Shown: piece by piece, positions 24,933-34,001 of the stretch
Layout: every line of letters begins with the position of its first letter
How positions within the stretch are numbered: position 1 is the first letter of the stretch
Assembly: GCA_041600715.1 (NCBI GenBank)
Contig: JBFIJM010000001.1
Location: 673,701-737,700, forward strand
DNA length: 64,000 bases
Direction: 5' to 3'
From: Candidatus Saccharimonadales bacterium
GTDB taxonomy: Bacteria; Patescibacteriota; Saccharimonadia; Saccharimonadales; 2-12-FULL-41-12
Position numbers and translations under genes: made by a program
Notes under the pieces: model-generated
Told to the model about the DNA's origin: nothing
Database searches by the model: none
Seen by the model: only the letters and a program-made list of their open reading frames with translations

Positions 24933-27149
24933 ATGGCAAAAAGGAAAAAACAGACAAGAAAAAAGAAAGCAGAAACAGCCTCACCGGCTGAGAGGTCTGC
25001 TTTTTGGCCACTAACAGGTGCAATCCTGCTAGTAGTAATGGCTGTCTTTGTATTGCTTGGTGGTTTTGGGACGGGAGGTCCACTACCAATTAATATGTTC
25101 GAGGGCGTATATTGGGCTCTTGGATGGGCGTCTTATCTATCTCCCTTAGCTTTACTGTATTTTGGAATTCATAAGTTTAAGAGTGAAGAACGTAAGGTAC
25201 CTCTAGGAAAGATGTTATCTATGCTAGGATTTGTGACTGCAACATCTGTTTTATTCCATACTGCCGTAATCGACACTAGTACCGCAACTTCTCTTGCAGA
25301 CCAAAATGCCGGTAATGGCGGTGCAGTTGGCGCTGTGATAGGCGGAGCGGTACTGCAAGCGCTAGACAAGCTACCAGCATCACTACTATTTTTTGTAGTA
25401 GCAATGCTTACATTCTTTTTAGCATTTAATATTTCTCCAAAAGTAATCGCAAAAGTGTTTGCACCATTAAAAAGAAAAGAAAAACCGGCAGATACCGATA
25501 TTTCAGAACTGAAGGAACGACACTTTAAGCTCAATGAAGGCGTGCCTACAGAGCATCCTGGCGATGTGCAAATACAAGAGAAGCCTCGGCTTAGTAGTCT
25601 AAAGAATACTGCTCAAAAGTTAAGTAAAGAGGAGGATCACGAAGCATTAACTGTTGCTAACGACTCCGCGTGGGAATTTCCAGCGCTCGGCTTGCTTAAT
25701 CAGAAACAAGACAAGGCCAATGCTGGCGACGTAGAAGGCAATGCTCAGGTTATTAAAGAGACATTTACTAACTTTAATATTAATGTAGAGATGGAAGGGG
25801 CTAACGTTGGCCCACGTGTAACACAGTACACATTAAAACCACCCACAGGTGTAAAGCTCACCAAAATTACTGCACTTGAGAATAACCTAGCATTGGATTT
25901 GGCCGCAACATCTATTCGTATGGAAGCTCCAATTCCGGGCAAGCGTCTGGTTGGTATAGAAGTGCCTAACCTTAAAGCAGCGACCGTACGTATCAGTAGT
26001 CTTATGCAGTCAAATGAATGGCGAAGCCTGAGTGCACATCCACTAGGTTTTGTAATCGGTAAAGACATTGCTGGTCAGCCAGTAGTAGCTGATTTGGCTA
26101 GAATGCCACATCTTTTGGTGGCTGGGCAGACAGGTTCTGGTAAGTCAGTTATGATCAATACCATCTTAACCAGCATGCTGTACCATAACAGCCCATCCGA
26201 CTTAAAGTTAATACTAGTAGACCCTAAGACTGTTGAGTTAACTCCATATAATGATATTCCTCATCTTCTAACTCCAGTTATAACAGAACCAGAAAAGTGT
26301 ATTAGTGCGCTCAAGTGGGCAGTCGCAGAGATGGAACGTCGTTACCGAGCGCTGGCAGAAGTTAAAAAGCGTAATATTATTGAGTATAACAATCTCAAAA
26401 AAGAAGAGGGCATGCCGTACATCGTGATCGTGATCGACGAGCTGGCCGACCTTATGATGATGGCCGCCCGAGACGTTGAAGCTTTGATAGTAAGAATCGC
26501 ACAGAAGGCTCGAGCGGTAGGCATCCACCTAATACTAGCTACTCAACGCCCTAGTGTGGATGTAATCACGGGCCTAATAAAAGCTAATGTTCCTGCTCGT
26601 ATCGCATTTACAACAGCCAGCCAAGTAGATTCACGAACAATCATCGACCAGATGGGCGCCGAGAAACTCCTCGGGCGAGGCGATATGTTGTTCCTTACTA
26701 GTGATATGCCCAAGCCTAAACGTGTTCAGGCCGCTCTTATAGACGATGAAGAAACATTAAAGATTACTGATTTTGTACGTGAACAACGTGCGCCAAATTA
26801 TGATGATGAAGTTGTCAGCCAGCCAGTACAGCTCAATGGTAAGGGTGGGATTGTAGTAGATATGGGCGGTGGGTCTTCTGCAGATGATGATATGTGGCAG
26901 GATGCTGTTCGGGTAGTTATAGAGGGGCGCAAAGCAAGTACAAGTTTACTGCAACGTCGACTCCGTGTAGGATATGCTCGAGCTGCTCGTTTGATTGAGA
27001 CTATGGAAGAGCAGGGGATAGTTGGCCCAGCGGATGGTGCTCGTCCACGTGAAGTACTAGTAAGTAGTATGGATGATGTGTTTGGTGACGGCCCTCCTAG
27101 CGAAGGCGATGTATACGATGATATGCCCGATGAAGGCGAACTAAAGTAG
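24933..27149 (+). CDS. ftsK: DNA translocase FtsK
   Basis: N-terminal TM helices, the motor domain (VAGQTGSGKSV, IVIVIDELADLMM) and a C-terminal gamma winged-helix (LLQRRLRVGYARAARLIETMEEQGIV). Confidence 0.95.
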   Translation: MAKRKKQTRKKKAETASPAERSAFWPLTGAILLVVMAVFVLLGGFGTGGPLPINMFEGVYWALGWASYLSPLALLYFGIHKFKSEERKVPLGKMLSMLGFVTATSVLFHTAVIDTSTATSLADQNAGNGGAVGAVIGGAVLQALDKLPASLLFFVVAMLTFFLAFNISPKVIAKVFAPLKRKEKPADTDISELKERHFKLNEGVPTEHPGDVQIQEKPRLSSLKNTAQKLSKEEDHEALTVANDSAWEFPALGLLNQKQDKANAGDVEGNAQVIKETFTNFNINVEMEGANVGPRVTQYTLKPPTGVKLTKITALENNLALDLAATSIRMEAPIPGKRLVGIEVPNLKAATVRISSLMQSNEWRSLSAHPLGFVIGKDIAGQPVVADLARMPHLLVAGQTGSGKSVMINTILTSMLYHNSPSDLKLILVDPKTVELTPYNDIPHLLTPVITEPEKCISALKWAVAEMERRYRALAEVKKRNIIEYNNLKKEEGMPYIVIVIDELADLMMMAARDVEALIVRIAQKARAVGIHLILATQRPSVDVITGLIKANVPARIAFTTASQVDSRTIIDQMGAEKLLGRGDMLFLTSDMPKPKRVQAALIDDEETLKITDFVREQRAPNYDDEVVSQPVQLNGKGGIVVDMGGGSSADDDMWQDAVRVVIEGRKASTSLLQRRLRVGYARAARLIETMEEQGIVGPADGARPREVLVSSMDDVFGDGPPSEGDVYDDMPDEGELK

Positions 27150-27173
27150 ACACGGTAATGGTACTATAAGAGC

Positions 27174-27887
27174 ATGGAACCACAGGATCCCTACCAGTAT
27201 CGTAAGCCGGATGAATCGTTACCCCCAGTGCAGTCTTCGCCTCAGTCAGATTGGACTCCAGCAGGCCCAAACTCACCGTTTATAACACCATCTGTCGATC
27301 CACGTGTAAAACGCCGGAAGATTTTATTAATTACTGTTGGCATACTAATGAGCTTGCTGGTACTAATAGCGATAGTGGCAACTTATACGGGTAATAGTGG
27401 AAGAAATTCTGTCGAGCAAGAGTACATAGAAGGCCCAACAACCGACGTGGCTTTGAGCGACCAGGATGCACCTTTATTCTCAATAAGGTATTCATCTGAA
27501 TTAGAAGTGCTGATTAATGAAGAACTGACAGATGAAGATGGTTGGTTCCTAGGACTAGCAGAAAGTGAAGAGAACTCTTCATACAATATTAATGTTCGAG
27601 TTTCGACTAACGAACCCGAATTTATTGACGGAGAAGAGGCAGTATTTGAACTGACTCCTACTGAGGGCGATCCGTATAACGTAGATACTTCTGACGTTGT
27701 AACAGCAGGGGTGCGCACCAAAAAAACTACTGGCGAATACACTCAAAACGACGCTAATTATATCGTTGCATACTCTGTAGCAAAGGTAGGTGAGCGTTAT
27801 GTAGAAGTTACTGCTTTGTATCCAAAGGATAATCAGACTATCACAAAAAGCTTTGATGCAATGCTAGGCTCGATTAGACTTAAGTAA
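27174..27887 (+). CDS. hypothetical single-pass membrane protein with a Pro-rich N-terminus
   Basis: MEPQDPYQY..., one TM helix (ILLITVGILMSLLVLIAIVA) and an acidic extracellular domain. Confidence 0.6.
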   Translation: MEPQDPYQYRKPDESLPPVQSSPQSDWTPAGPNSPFITPSVDPRVKRRKILLITVGILMSLLVLIAIVATYTGNSGRNSVEQEYIEGPTTDVALSDQDAPLFSIRYSSELEVLINEELTDEDGWFLGLAESEENSSYNINVRVSTNEPEFIDGEEAVFELTPTEGDPYNVDTSDVVTAGVRTKKTTGEYTQNDANYIVAYSVAKVGERYVEVTALYPKDNQTITKSFDAMLGSIRLK

Positions 27888-27892
27888 GTGAC

Positions 27893-28075
27893 CTATTCTT
27901 GATTGAGAATGCGATGGGCGATTTTGCGGACAGCGTCAATTTCCTCTGTCCATTTGTTTGGATCAAAAGGTTCAGCCTCTTGTCTAACGACAAGTTCCGG
28001 ATAATGTTCGCCATCAAGATTTATGGCGTCTAGTATCTCATCGTTCAGTATGCTACCAGGGTATTTTTCACTCAT
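27893..28075 (-). CDS. hypothetical protein (60 aa)
   Basis: Short acidic ORF. On the minus strand TATAAA lies 8 nt upstream of the ATG, which is a possible leaderless arrangement. No Shine-Dalgarno element is present. Confidence 0.35.
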   Translation of the reverse strand: MSEKYPGSILNDEILDAINLDGEHYPELVVRQEAEPFDPNKWTEEIDAVRKIAHRILNQE

Positions 28076-28118
28076 ATAAAGTATTTATAGATCTTCTCTC
28101 TAGATTTTGCAAGCATTG

Positions 28119-28146
28119 TTGACAAAAACCAGAATGAGAATATAGT
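28119..28146 (+). promoter_or_regulatory. candidate promoter TTGACA-N16-TATAGT
   Basis: The -35 is at 28119-28124 and the -10 at 28141-28146, about 45 nt upstream of the ATG at 28190, which has a GAGGAG RBS. Confidence 0.5.
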
Positions 28147-28189
28147 AAAAAGCATAAACAAAAAGCGCAGGCAAAAGAGGAGACTAGCA

Positions 28190-28900
28190 ATGGTTGATAA
28201 GCTAATTACACCTACATGCGAGGTGAGTGGCTTGCCTCTGCCGGTTCTCCCACTTGAGCCCCGATTATTCGGGGCTCTTTTAAATTTAAACCATACCAAC
28301 TCTCACCATCATTTTCACCCCAAGTCCGATCCTCGCTTACAATCAGTTGCTGGCTTGGCACTGCGCAAGTCGAGAATTCAAACCACCCCTTTAATCAGTC
28401 ATAACGAGTACCATCGTTTATATGAAGGCGCGCCACTACCTGATACTGAGGAACAGATATTTAAGCTAAGTGTACTTTCTGTGGCGGGATTTACTCCGAG
28501 ATCAGCCATAGATCCAAGACAGCCACTTAGAATTGTCGGGCTAACAGATAAAGCTCATAGTAAGATCGCTCGATCAATTCGTGTCGAGAGACCACTTTTA
28601 GTCGCCAGATTCTATGCAGAATACTGTGCATCACAGGAGACTGACTACTCTAAACTTGAGGAGTTACTTCATCAGTCAACGACCGATGTGAAGAAAGTAG
28701 AGATAGCACGAGAAGTGTTGGGGTACAGCATTGAGTCAGCACTTGGAAGAATGTCTCTTTCTGAACCTCAGATTAGAAAGGAAGGATTTATTTCTGGTTC
28801 AAAAGCCAAAACGCTATACTCTGCAACACGTCAGTTGATCAGACGGCATGCTCTTCGTGATTATGTGGATCATTTAAGTCTAAGATACGCAAAAAGTTAA
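28190..28900 (+). CDS. hypothetical protein with an N-terminal His-rich, HNH-like motif
   Basis: Strong RBS (GAGGAG-N7-ATG). NSHHHFHPKSD...PLISHNEYHRLY loosely resembles a His-Me finger. The C-terminal half is helical. No confident family assignment. Confidence 0.5.
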   Translation: MVDKLITPTCEVSGLPLPVLPLEPRLFGALLNLNHTNSHHHFHPKSDPRLQSVAGLALRKSRIQTTPLISHNEYHRLYEGAPLPDTEEQIFKLSVLSVAGFTPRSAIDPRQPLRIVGLTDKAHSKIARSIRVERPLLVARFYAEYCASQETDYSKLEELLHQSTTDVKKVEIAREVLGYSIESALGRMSLSEPQIRKEGFISGSKAKTLYSATRQLIRRHALRDYVDHLSLRYAKS

Positions 28901-28903
28901 CAC

Positions 28904-28932
28904 TTTACAAACAGGGGTGACGCTGGTATAAT
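28904..28932 (+). promoter_or_regulatory. promoter TTTACA-N17-TATAAT for the rpsF-ssb-rpsR operon
   Basis: The -35 is at 28904-28909 and the -10 at 28927-28932. The leader before rpsF is about 60 nt. Confidence 0.6.
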
Positions 28933-28995
28933 GAAGGTATTATTAACTCAGTTCGTGACATCTAGTGTGCACGGGCGTTAACCAAAGGAGTAAGC

Positions 28996-29373
28996 ATGCA
29001 TGAGTATGAAGTTGTAGTACTTTTTGACCCGGGGCTTGAGATTGATCTCACAAAGCCAATGGCTAAAGTAGAAAAGATCATCACAGATAACGGTGGTAAG
29101 ATCTTAAATACAGACAATTGGGGTAAAAAGAAACTTGCATATGTAATCGCAAAGCAAGATCACGCCGTATATGTACTGTATACAGTTGAGCTTCCAGCAG
29201 AGTCTGTGCAAAAGATTGAGTCAACGCTCAATATTACAGACGAAGTTATTAGGTATCTTGTGTCACGAGTTGACCACAAGACGTTGGCAAAAGCTGAGGC
29301 GATCCGTAAGGATAAAGCAGAAAAAGCAGCAAAACGCGGTGATAGCCCAGACGATCAAAAAAGCGAAGATTAA
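28996..29373 (+). CDS. rpsF: 30S ribosomal protein S6
   Basis: MHEYEVVVLFDPGLE...WGKKKLAYVI is typical of S6. The C-terminal tail is acidic. The conserved rpsF-ssb-rpsR order is present. Confidence 0.9.
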   Translation: MHEYEVVVLFDPGLEIDLTKPMAKVEKIITDNGGKILNTDNWGKKKLAYVIAKQDHAVYVLYTVELPAESVQKIESTLNITDEVIRYLVSRVDHKTLAKAEAIRKDKAEKAAKRGDSPDDQKSED

Positions 29374-29449
29374 TTCTTGACGCTGATCAAAAGTCGGCGT
29401 AGGGTAAAGATAATATAAAAAGACATAGTTCTTATAAGGAGATAACAAT

Positions 29450-29920
29450 ATGGCACGAAGTTTTAACCAAGTAACATTAATGGGTAATTTGACCCGAGAC
29501 CCTGATCTCAGGCAGATTCCTAGCGGTCAAAGTGTATGTAGCTTTAGCTTAGCACTGAACCGTAGCTATAAAGGCAGTGATGGTAACTGGCAAGAAGCAA
29601 CCGATTATGTAGACGTTGTTGCATGGGGACCACTCGGAGAGAGAGTTGCTCAGTACGTAACAAAAGGTCGACCAGTACTAGTTAGCGGGCGATTACAAAG
29701 TCGACAGTGGGAACAAGATGGGCAAAAGCGTAACAAACTAGAGGTTGTTGCCGGGGATGTAACATTCTTAGGTGGCAGAGGAGAAGGTGGAGATAGTGGC
29801 AGTAGCCAAGGCTCGCAAGACTCGAGTTCTAATATCAAGCCTACTACAAAAAAAGATAAAGACGTTGTCGTCGAAGATATAGGCGACGAACCAATAAACC
29901 TAGACGACATCCCATTTTAA
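29450..29920 (+). CDS. ssb: single-stranded DNA-binding protein
   Basis: OB-fold N-terminus (FNQVTLMGNLTRDPDLRQIPSGQSVCSFSLA), a Gly/Ser-rich linker and the acidic tip DDIPF. Confidence 0.95.
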   Translation: MARSFNQVTLMGNLTRDPDLRQIPSGQSVCSFSLALNRSYKGSDGNWQEATDYVDVVAWGPLGERVAQYVTKGRPVLVSGRLQSRQWEQDGQKRNKLEVVAGDVTFLGGRGEGGDSGSSQGSQDSSSNIKPTTKKDKDVVVEDIGDEPINLDDIPF

Positions 29921-30016
29921 AACATTTTTCATTTAACAATTTCCATTTTTCATTTAGTTCTCAAATGAGAATTGAATAATGATAAATGATAAATTCTCGA
30001 CTAGAAGGAGAGAGAC

Positions 30017-30220
30017 ATGGCAAAGATATTTAAGCACAGAACAGACGTACCATATTTTGATTACAAAGATTTTAAGACTCTACAGAGGTATGTAAATCAG
30101 TATGGTCAAATTGAGACTAGAAAAAAAACCGGTCTAACCGAAGCACAACAGAAAAGACTAGCAAAAGCGATAAAGCGTGCACGACACCTAGCGCTAATGC
30201 CTTTTGTAGCGAGTAACTAG
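30017..30220 (+). CDS. rpsR: 30S ribosomal protein S18
   Basis: FDYKDFKTLQRYVNQYGQIETRKKTGLTEAQQKRLAKAIKRARHLALMP is typical of S18. Confidence 0.9.
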   Translation: MAKIFKHRTDVPYFDYKDFKTLQRYVNQYGQIETRKKTGLTEAQQKRLAKAIKRARHLALMPFVASN

Positions 30221-30227
30221 AAACTTT

Positions 30228-30533
30228 ATGAGCGAAAACCATAGCAAGGTTGCTCAGATATATCGCATAGTTTACGATGCCACAACTACGTCCATGCCAA
30301 ATTTAGGCGGACATCATGGTATTTATGGAAACCAAAAACACATTGGTCTGGAGCTTCTGCGTTTTGTTGGCGAGTTAGATCAAAAGATGAGAAACGGACC
30401 ACTTATTAAGAGCGATCTTGATCAGCTACGTGGACATTGTCGGGTAGCTCAAGCGTCAGGAGCAATCGCAGAGAATGATCTAGAAAAGATTGATAAGGTT
30501 ATTGATACACTTTATATAGAGGAGATGCGATGA
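30228..30533 (+). CDS. hypothetical helical protein (101 aa)
   Basis: Starts 7 nt after rpsR. ATGA overlap with the next ORF. No family recognised. Confidence 0.5.
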   Translation: MSENHSKVAQIYRIVYDATTTSMPNLGGHHGIYGNQKHIGLELLRFVGELDQKMRNGPLIKSDLDQLRGHCRVAQASGAIAENDLEKIDKVIDTLYIEEMR

Positions 30534-30838
30534 ATAAAGATCAGTACGATAGAGCATACAAGGAAGCCGAGAGTTTATACAACAAAGCTAAAGATCTAAT
30601 TGATGACTCAAATCATCCGCTTGGCAGAGAAGTCTTGCAGTCGGGACACCAACTTTTTCAAGATATTAAAGCACAAAAAAACCCTCGGACACTTGAGGAT
30701 AATGTAAAGAGACTAATAAAGAAGTATGAAGCCATTCATGATCATGGCGATCAAATCATGGACTTTCAGCATAGCAGGTTGTTAATCGATAGTTACCAAG
30801 ATATGGTGATGGGTTTTCGTAAGTTTGATAACTACTAG
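30530..30838 (+). CDS. hypothetical helical protein (102 aa)
   Basis: Translationally coupled to the previous ORF. There is weak by-eye similarity between the two (xGxExL...L.Q...P...L). Confidence 0.5.
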   Translation: MNKDQYDRAYKEAESLYNKAKDLIDDSNHPLGREVLQSGHQLFQDIKAQKNPRTLEDNVKRLIKKYEAIHDHGDQIMDFQHSRLLIDSYQDMVMGFRKFDNY

Positions 30839-30945
30839 ATTAGGAATAAAGAAGCGGAAATTAGTAATTTGTTTGCCAGTAGTAAAAGCAAAGATGTTGG
30901 GATTTTCTTTTTCAATCACGAGCCACTAAACAGAGAGGATTATAA

Positions 30946-31512
30946 ATGGCATTTGGAGTAACAGATTTAAAAAAAGGTACAGTGTTCCAGCTAGACGGAA
31001 CGCCATATAAGGTCGTGGAGTACAGCCAGAAAGTGGTTGGTCGTGGTGGCTCAATTGTTAACGTAAAAATTAAAAGCCTTCTTGATGGTAAAGTTTTAGA
31101 AAAAACTTTTAAGGGCAATGACTCGATTCAGCCAGCAGATGTCAGTGTAAGTAACGCGCAGTATCTATATAATGACGGCGCAACCTTTTATTTCATGGAT
31201 GAAGAAAGTTTCGAACAACATGAAGTATCGGCAGAAGTAGTTGGAGATTATTCTAGGTTTATGAAAGAGGGTGATAGAGTCCAGGCTCAAAGCTTTAATG
31301 GCCAGATCATTACTGTAGAATTACCAAAAAATGTATACCTTGAGGTTACCTATACTGAGGATGCAGTAAAAGGAGACACTAGCTCATCAATAACTAAGGA
31401 AGCGAAGTTAGAAACAGGCGCAACCGTCAGAGTGCCGGCATTTATAAAAACTGGTGACATAATCTCGGTAGACACCACATCTGGCGCTTATCGAGAACGA
31501 AAAAAGGACTAA
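30946..31512 (+). CDS. efp: elongation factor P
   Basis: LKKGTVFQLDGTPYKVVEYSQKVVGRGGSIVNVKIKSL and three OB/KOW-like domains. The length is 188 aa. Confidence 0.95.
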   Translation: MAFGVTDLKKGTVFQLDGTPYKVVEYSQKVVGRGGSIVNVKIKSLLDGKVLEKTFKGNDSIQPADVSVSNAQYLYNDGATFYFMDEESFEQHEVSAEVVGDYSRFMKEGDRVQAQSFNGQIITVELPKNVYLEVTYTEDAVKGDTSSSITKEAKLETGATVRVPAFIKTGDIISVDTTSGAYRERKKD

Positions 31513-32228
31513 TGAAAAAGCGTCTTGACCAGACACTTGTCACACTAGGCTTGGTATCAACACGAAGCCAGGCCGAGAGCTATATTCGTCTCGGCAAGGT
31601 AATGGTGAATGGTCGTGGAGTAACAAAAACTGGTTATATGGTTAATGATCATGACGATGTTAAGCTTAATGTCGAAAATCAGTATGTAAGTAGAGCAGGT
31701 CTAAAATTAGAATCAGTGGCCTCGCAACTAAAGCTTTCGTTCATAGATAAAACAGTACTCGATGTTGGAAGTAGCACTGGGGGTTTCACAGACTTTGCTA
31801 TCCAGAACGGAGCTAAAAAAGTGATTGCAGTAGATGTAGGTAGCAACCAGTTGCATCCGTCGCTTCGCGCACATCCTAAAATAGAATTACACGAACAGAC
31901 AGACATTAGGAGTATTAAAAAACTCGATATCAAGCCTAATATAGTGGTGATCGATGTAAGCTTTATAAGCCTTAGAGAGATTCTGCCTCATGTATTAAAA
32001 CTGGGCACTAAACAAACCCAAATTGTAGCTATGCTTAAGCCTCAGTTCGAAGCAGGAGAAGACTTTCGGCATAAAGGCGTTATCAAGAACGAGTCAATGA
32101 GACGTGAGATACTGAAAGACTTTGAACATTGGGCAAAGAGTTACTTTGTGATTAAAAATAAGTCAGATAGCCAGATAAGTGGAGAAAAAGGCAATAGGGA
32201 ACGATTCTATTTGCTACAGGGCATGTAA
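31512..32228 (+). CDS. tlyA: TlyA-family rRNA 2'-O-methyltransferase
   Basis: N-terminal S4 domain (KRLDQTLVTLGLVSTRSQAESYIRLGKVMVNG) and an FtsJ-type SAM motif (VLDVGSSTGGFTD). TAATG overlap with efp. Confidence 0.85.
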   Translation: MKKRLDQTLVTLGLVSTRSQAESYIRLGKVMVNGRGVTKTGYMVNDHDDVKLNVENQYVSRAGLKLESVASQLKLSFIDKTVLDVGSSTGGFTDFAIQNGAKKVIAVDVGSNQLHPSLRAHPKIELHEQTDIRSIKKLDIKPNIVVIDVSFISLREILPHVLKLGTKQTQIVAMLKPQFEAGEDFRHKGVIKNESMRREILKDFEHWAKSYFVIKNKSDSQISGEKGNRERFYLLQGM

Positions 32229-32249
32229 GCATTTACACTGGTACACAAC

Positions 32250-32903
32250 ATGCAATACTTCACTGACCGCAGTCAAGCTGGCAAGATGCTGGCAGAAAAA
32301 ATGGATAACTACAAAACCGAAAACTGTGTTGTGTTAGCTATAAGCGAGGGAGGAGTCTTGGTAGGAGCAGAGATTGCAAAACGCCTTCACTGCGCTCTTT
32401 ACATGCTAGCCACAGAAGATATTACACTACCCCGTGAATCAGCGCCCATTGCTACTATGAGTTCAGCGGGTACATTTAGCTATAATTCTTCGTTCTCGCC
32501 AGGCCAATTAGAAGAGATTGTAATTGACTACCGTAACCTAATAGAGCAAGAAAAATATGAAGCGTTTCAGCATCTTAACCGCATAGTAGGTAAGGATGGT
32601 GTTATACCCAAGGTATTATTAAAGAGACACACAGTAATTATTGTGTCAGACGGTTTTAATAACGCTTTATCTCTCAATATCGCCAATGACTTTCTAAAGC
32701 CAATTGACGTAGCACGGACGGTAGTTGCTACGCCAATCGCTAGCATACCGGCAGTGGATATGATGCATCTTGTGGCTGACGAAATTTTTTGTCTGGGTAT
32801 CATTGAGAACTACATGACTACCGATCATTACTATGATGACAATAAGATTCCTGACCACGAAACAGTGGTAGAAATCATGAAAAATATTGTACTCAACTGG
32901 TAG
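32250..32903 (+). CDS. phosphoribosyltransferase-family protein
   Basis: FTDRSQAGKMLAEKM...VVLAISEGGVLVGAEIA and VIIVSDGFNNALSL form a PRPP-loop-like pattern. Confidence 0.65.
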   Translation: MQYFTDRSQAGKMLAEKMDNYKTENCVVLAISEGGVLVGAEIAKRLHCALYMLATEDITLPRESAPIATMSSAGTFSYNSSFSPGQLEEIVIDYRNLIEQEKYEAFQHLNRIVGKDGVIPKVLLKRHTVIIVSDGFNNALSLNIANDFLKPIDVARTVVATPIASIPAVDMMHLVADEIFCLGIIENYMTTDHYYDDNKIPDHETVVEIMKNIVLNW

Positions 32904-33047
32904 AATACTGACCCAATAACAGCTGCGAATAAGTAATGTAAGTTTAATTTGATCTGTACAAAATAAGTATGCTATTTTGAATGTAGATTGGAACAAATAA
33001 AAACCAAACCGTTCCAAAACAAAGACAAATTCAAAAAGAGATAAAAA

Positions 33048-33995
33048 GTGAAAAAGAACTCAAGCAGTGTCCGCGGACCAAAAGTACGTTATTTTAACCA
33101 TCGTGTAGGCACGGTGACTGTACGCAAGCCGATTATGCGTTCATTTGTTCTTCCTGTTTTTATGACAGTAGGGATGATGGGCGGGATGTTCTATGGTTTT
33201 GGGCAGTACCAGGACGCGAGAACCGCAGTTGTTCGAGCTAATGAGACCAAGCCACAAGTTATCGAAACAGTAGATAAGAAAGAGTCTTTGAATGACCAGA
33301 AGCCTCGTCAGGCAAAAGAAGATAAAAAACTTGCAAACGCTATTGAAAAGAAACTAGACTCTATGCCTAAAAATACAAAGTGGGCCGTGTCTGTACGCGA
33401 TCTAAAGTCAGACCGTATGGCAAACATTCGAGCAGATCAGATGGTTGATTCGGGAAGCCTATACACTATGTTTCTACTGTCTGCTCTAGAAAAAAAACAA
33501 CCAGCAGACAAGTGGAAATATAAAATGAATGTTCAAACAGTTCAGGACTGTGTCATGAAAATGATTAATGTCTCGGATGCCGAGTGTAGTGAAGCAATTG
33601 GAAGAAACGCCGGATGGCAGAATATAAATCCTCAAAACAGAGGTCTAGGATTTAATAACACAAGTATTTCTTCTGCTACAGAGCAAAAAACCACAGCGCG
33701 TGATGTGAGTGAACTTATGTATAGATTACAGAACAGCCAAATGCTAAGCGATAAAGCACGTCGTATCGTGTTTGACGCTTTGTATTCTCAGCAGAGCAGA
33801 GAAGGTGTGCCGAAGGGCTGTGGTATTAGCTGTCTGGTCGCCAATAAAACCAGTGAGTTTAATGACGTAAAGCACGATTCAGCAATTGTAACTCATGGTT
33901 CATCGCAGTACGTAGTTGTGATAATGAGCTCTGGAACGACTTGGGCCCAGGTAGCGGACGTAGCTAAGTCGATACACGAAGAGATGCGACCTTAA
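33048..33995 (+). CDS. class-A beta-lactamase-like (serine hydrolase fold) protein, N-terminally anchored, with a variant active site
   Basis: GTG start. SLYT replaces the SxxK motif. VSDAEC aligns with SDN and NKTSEF with KTG. The protein is paralogous to the C-terminal domain of 35606-37303. Confidence 0.6.
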   Translation: MKKNSSSVRGPKVRYFNHRVGTVTVRKPIMRSFVLPVFMTVGMMGGMFYGFGQYQDARTAVVRANETKPQVIETVDKKESLNDQKPRQAKEDKKLANAIEKKLDSMPKNTKWAVSVRDLKSDRMANIRADQMVDSGSLYTMFLLSALEKKQPADKWKYKMNVQTVQDCVMKMINVSDAECSEAIGRNAGWQNINPQNRGLGFNNTSISSATEQKTTARDVSELMYRLQNSQMLSDKARRIVFDALYSQQSREGVPKGCGISCLVANKTSEFNDVKHDSAIVTHGSSQYVVVIMSSGTTWAQVADVAKSIHEEMRP

Positions 33996-34001
33996 TCCTT
34001 T

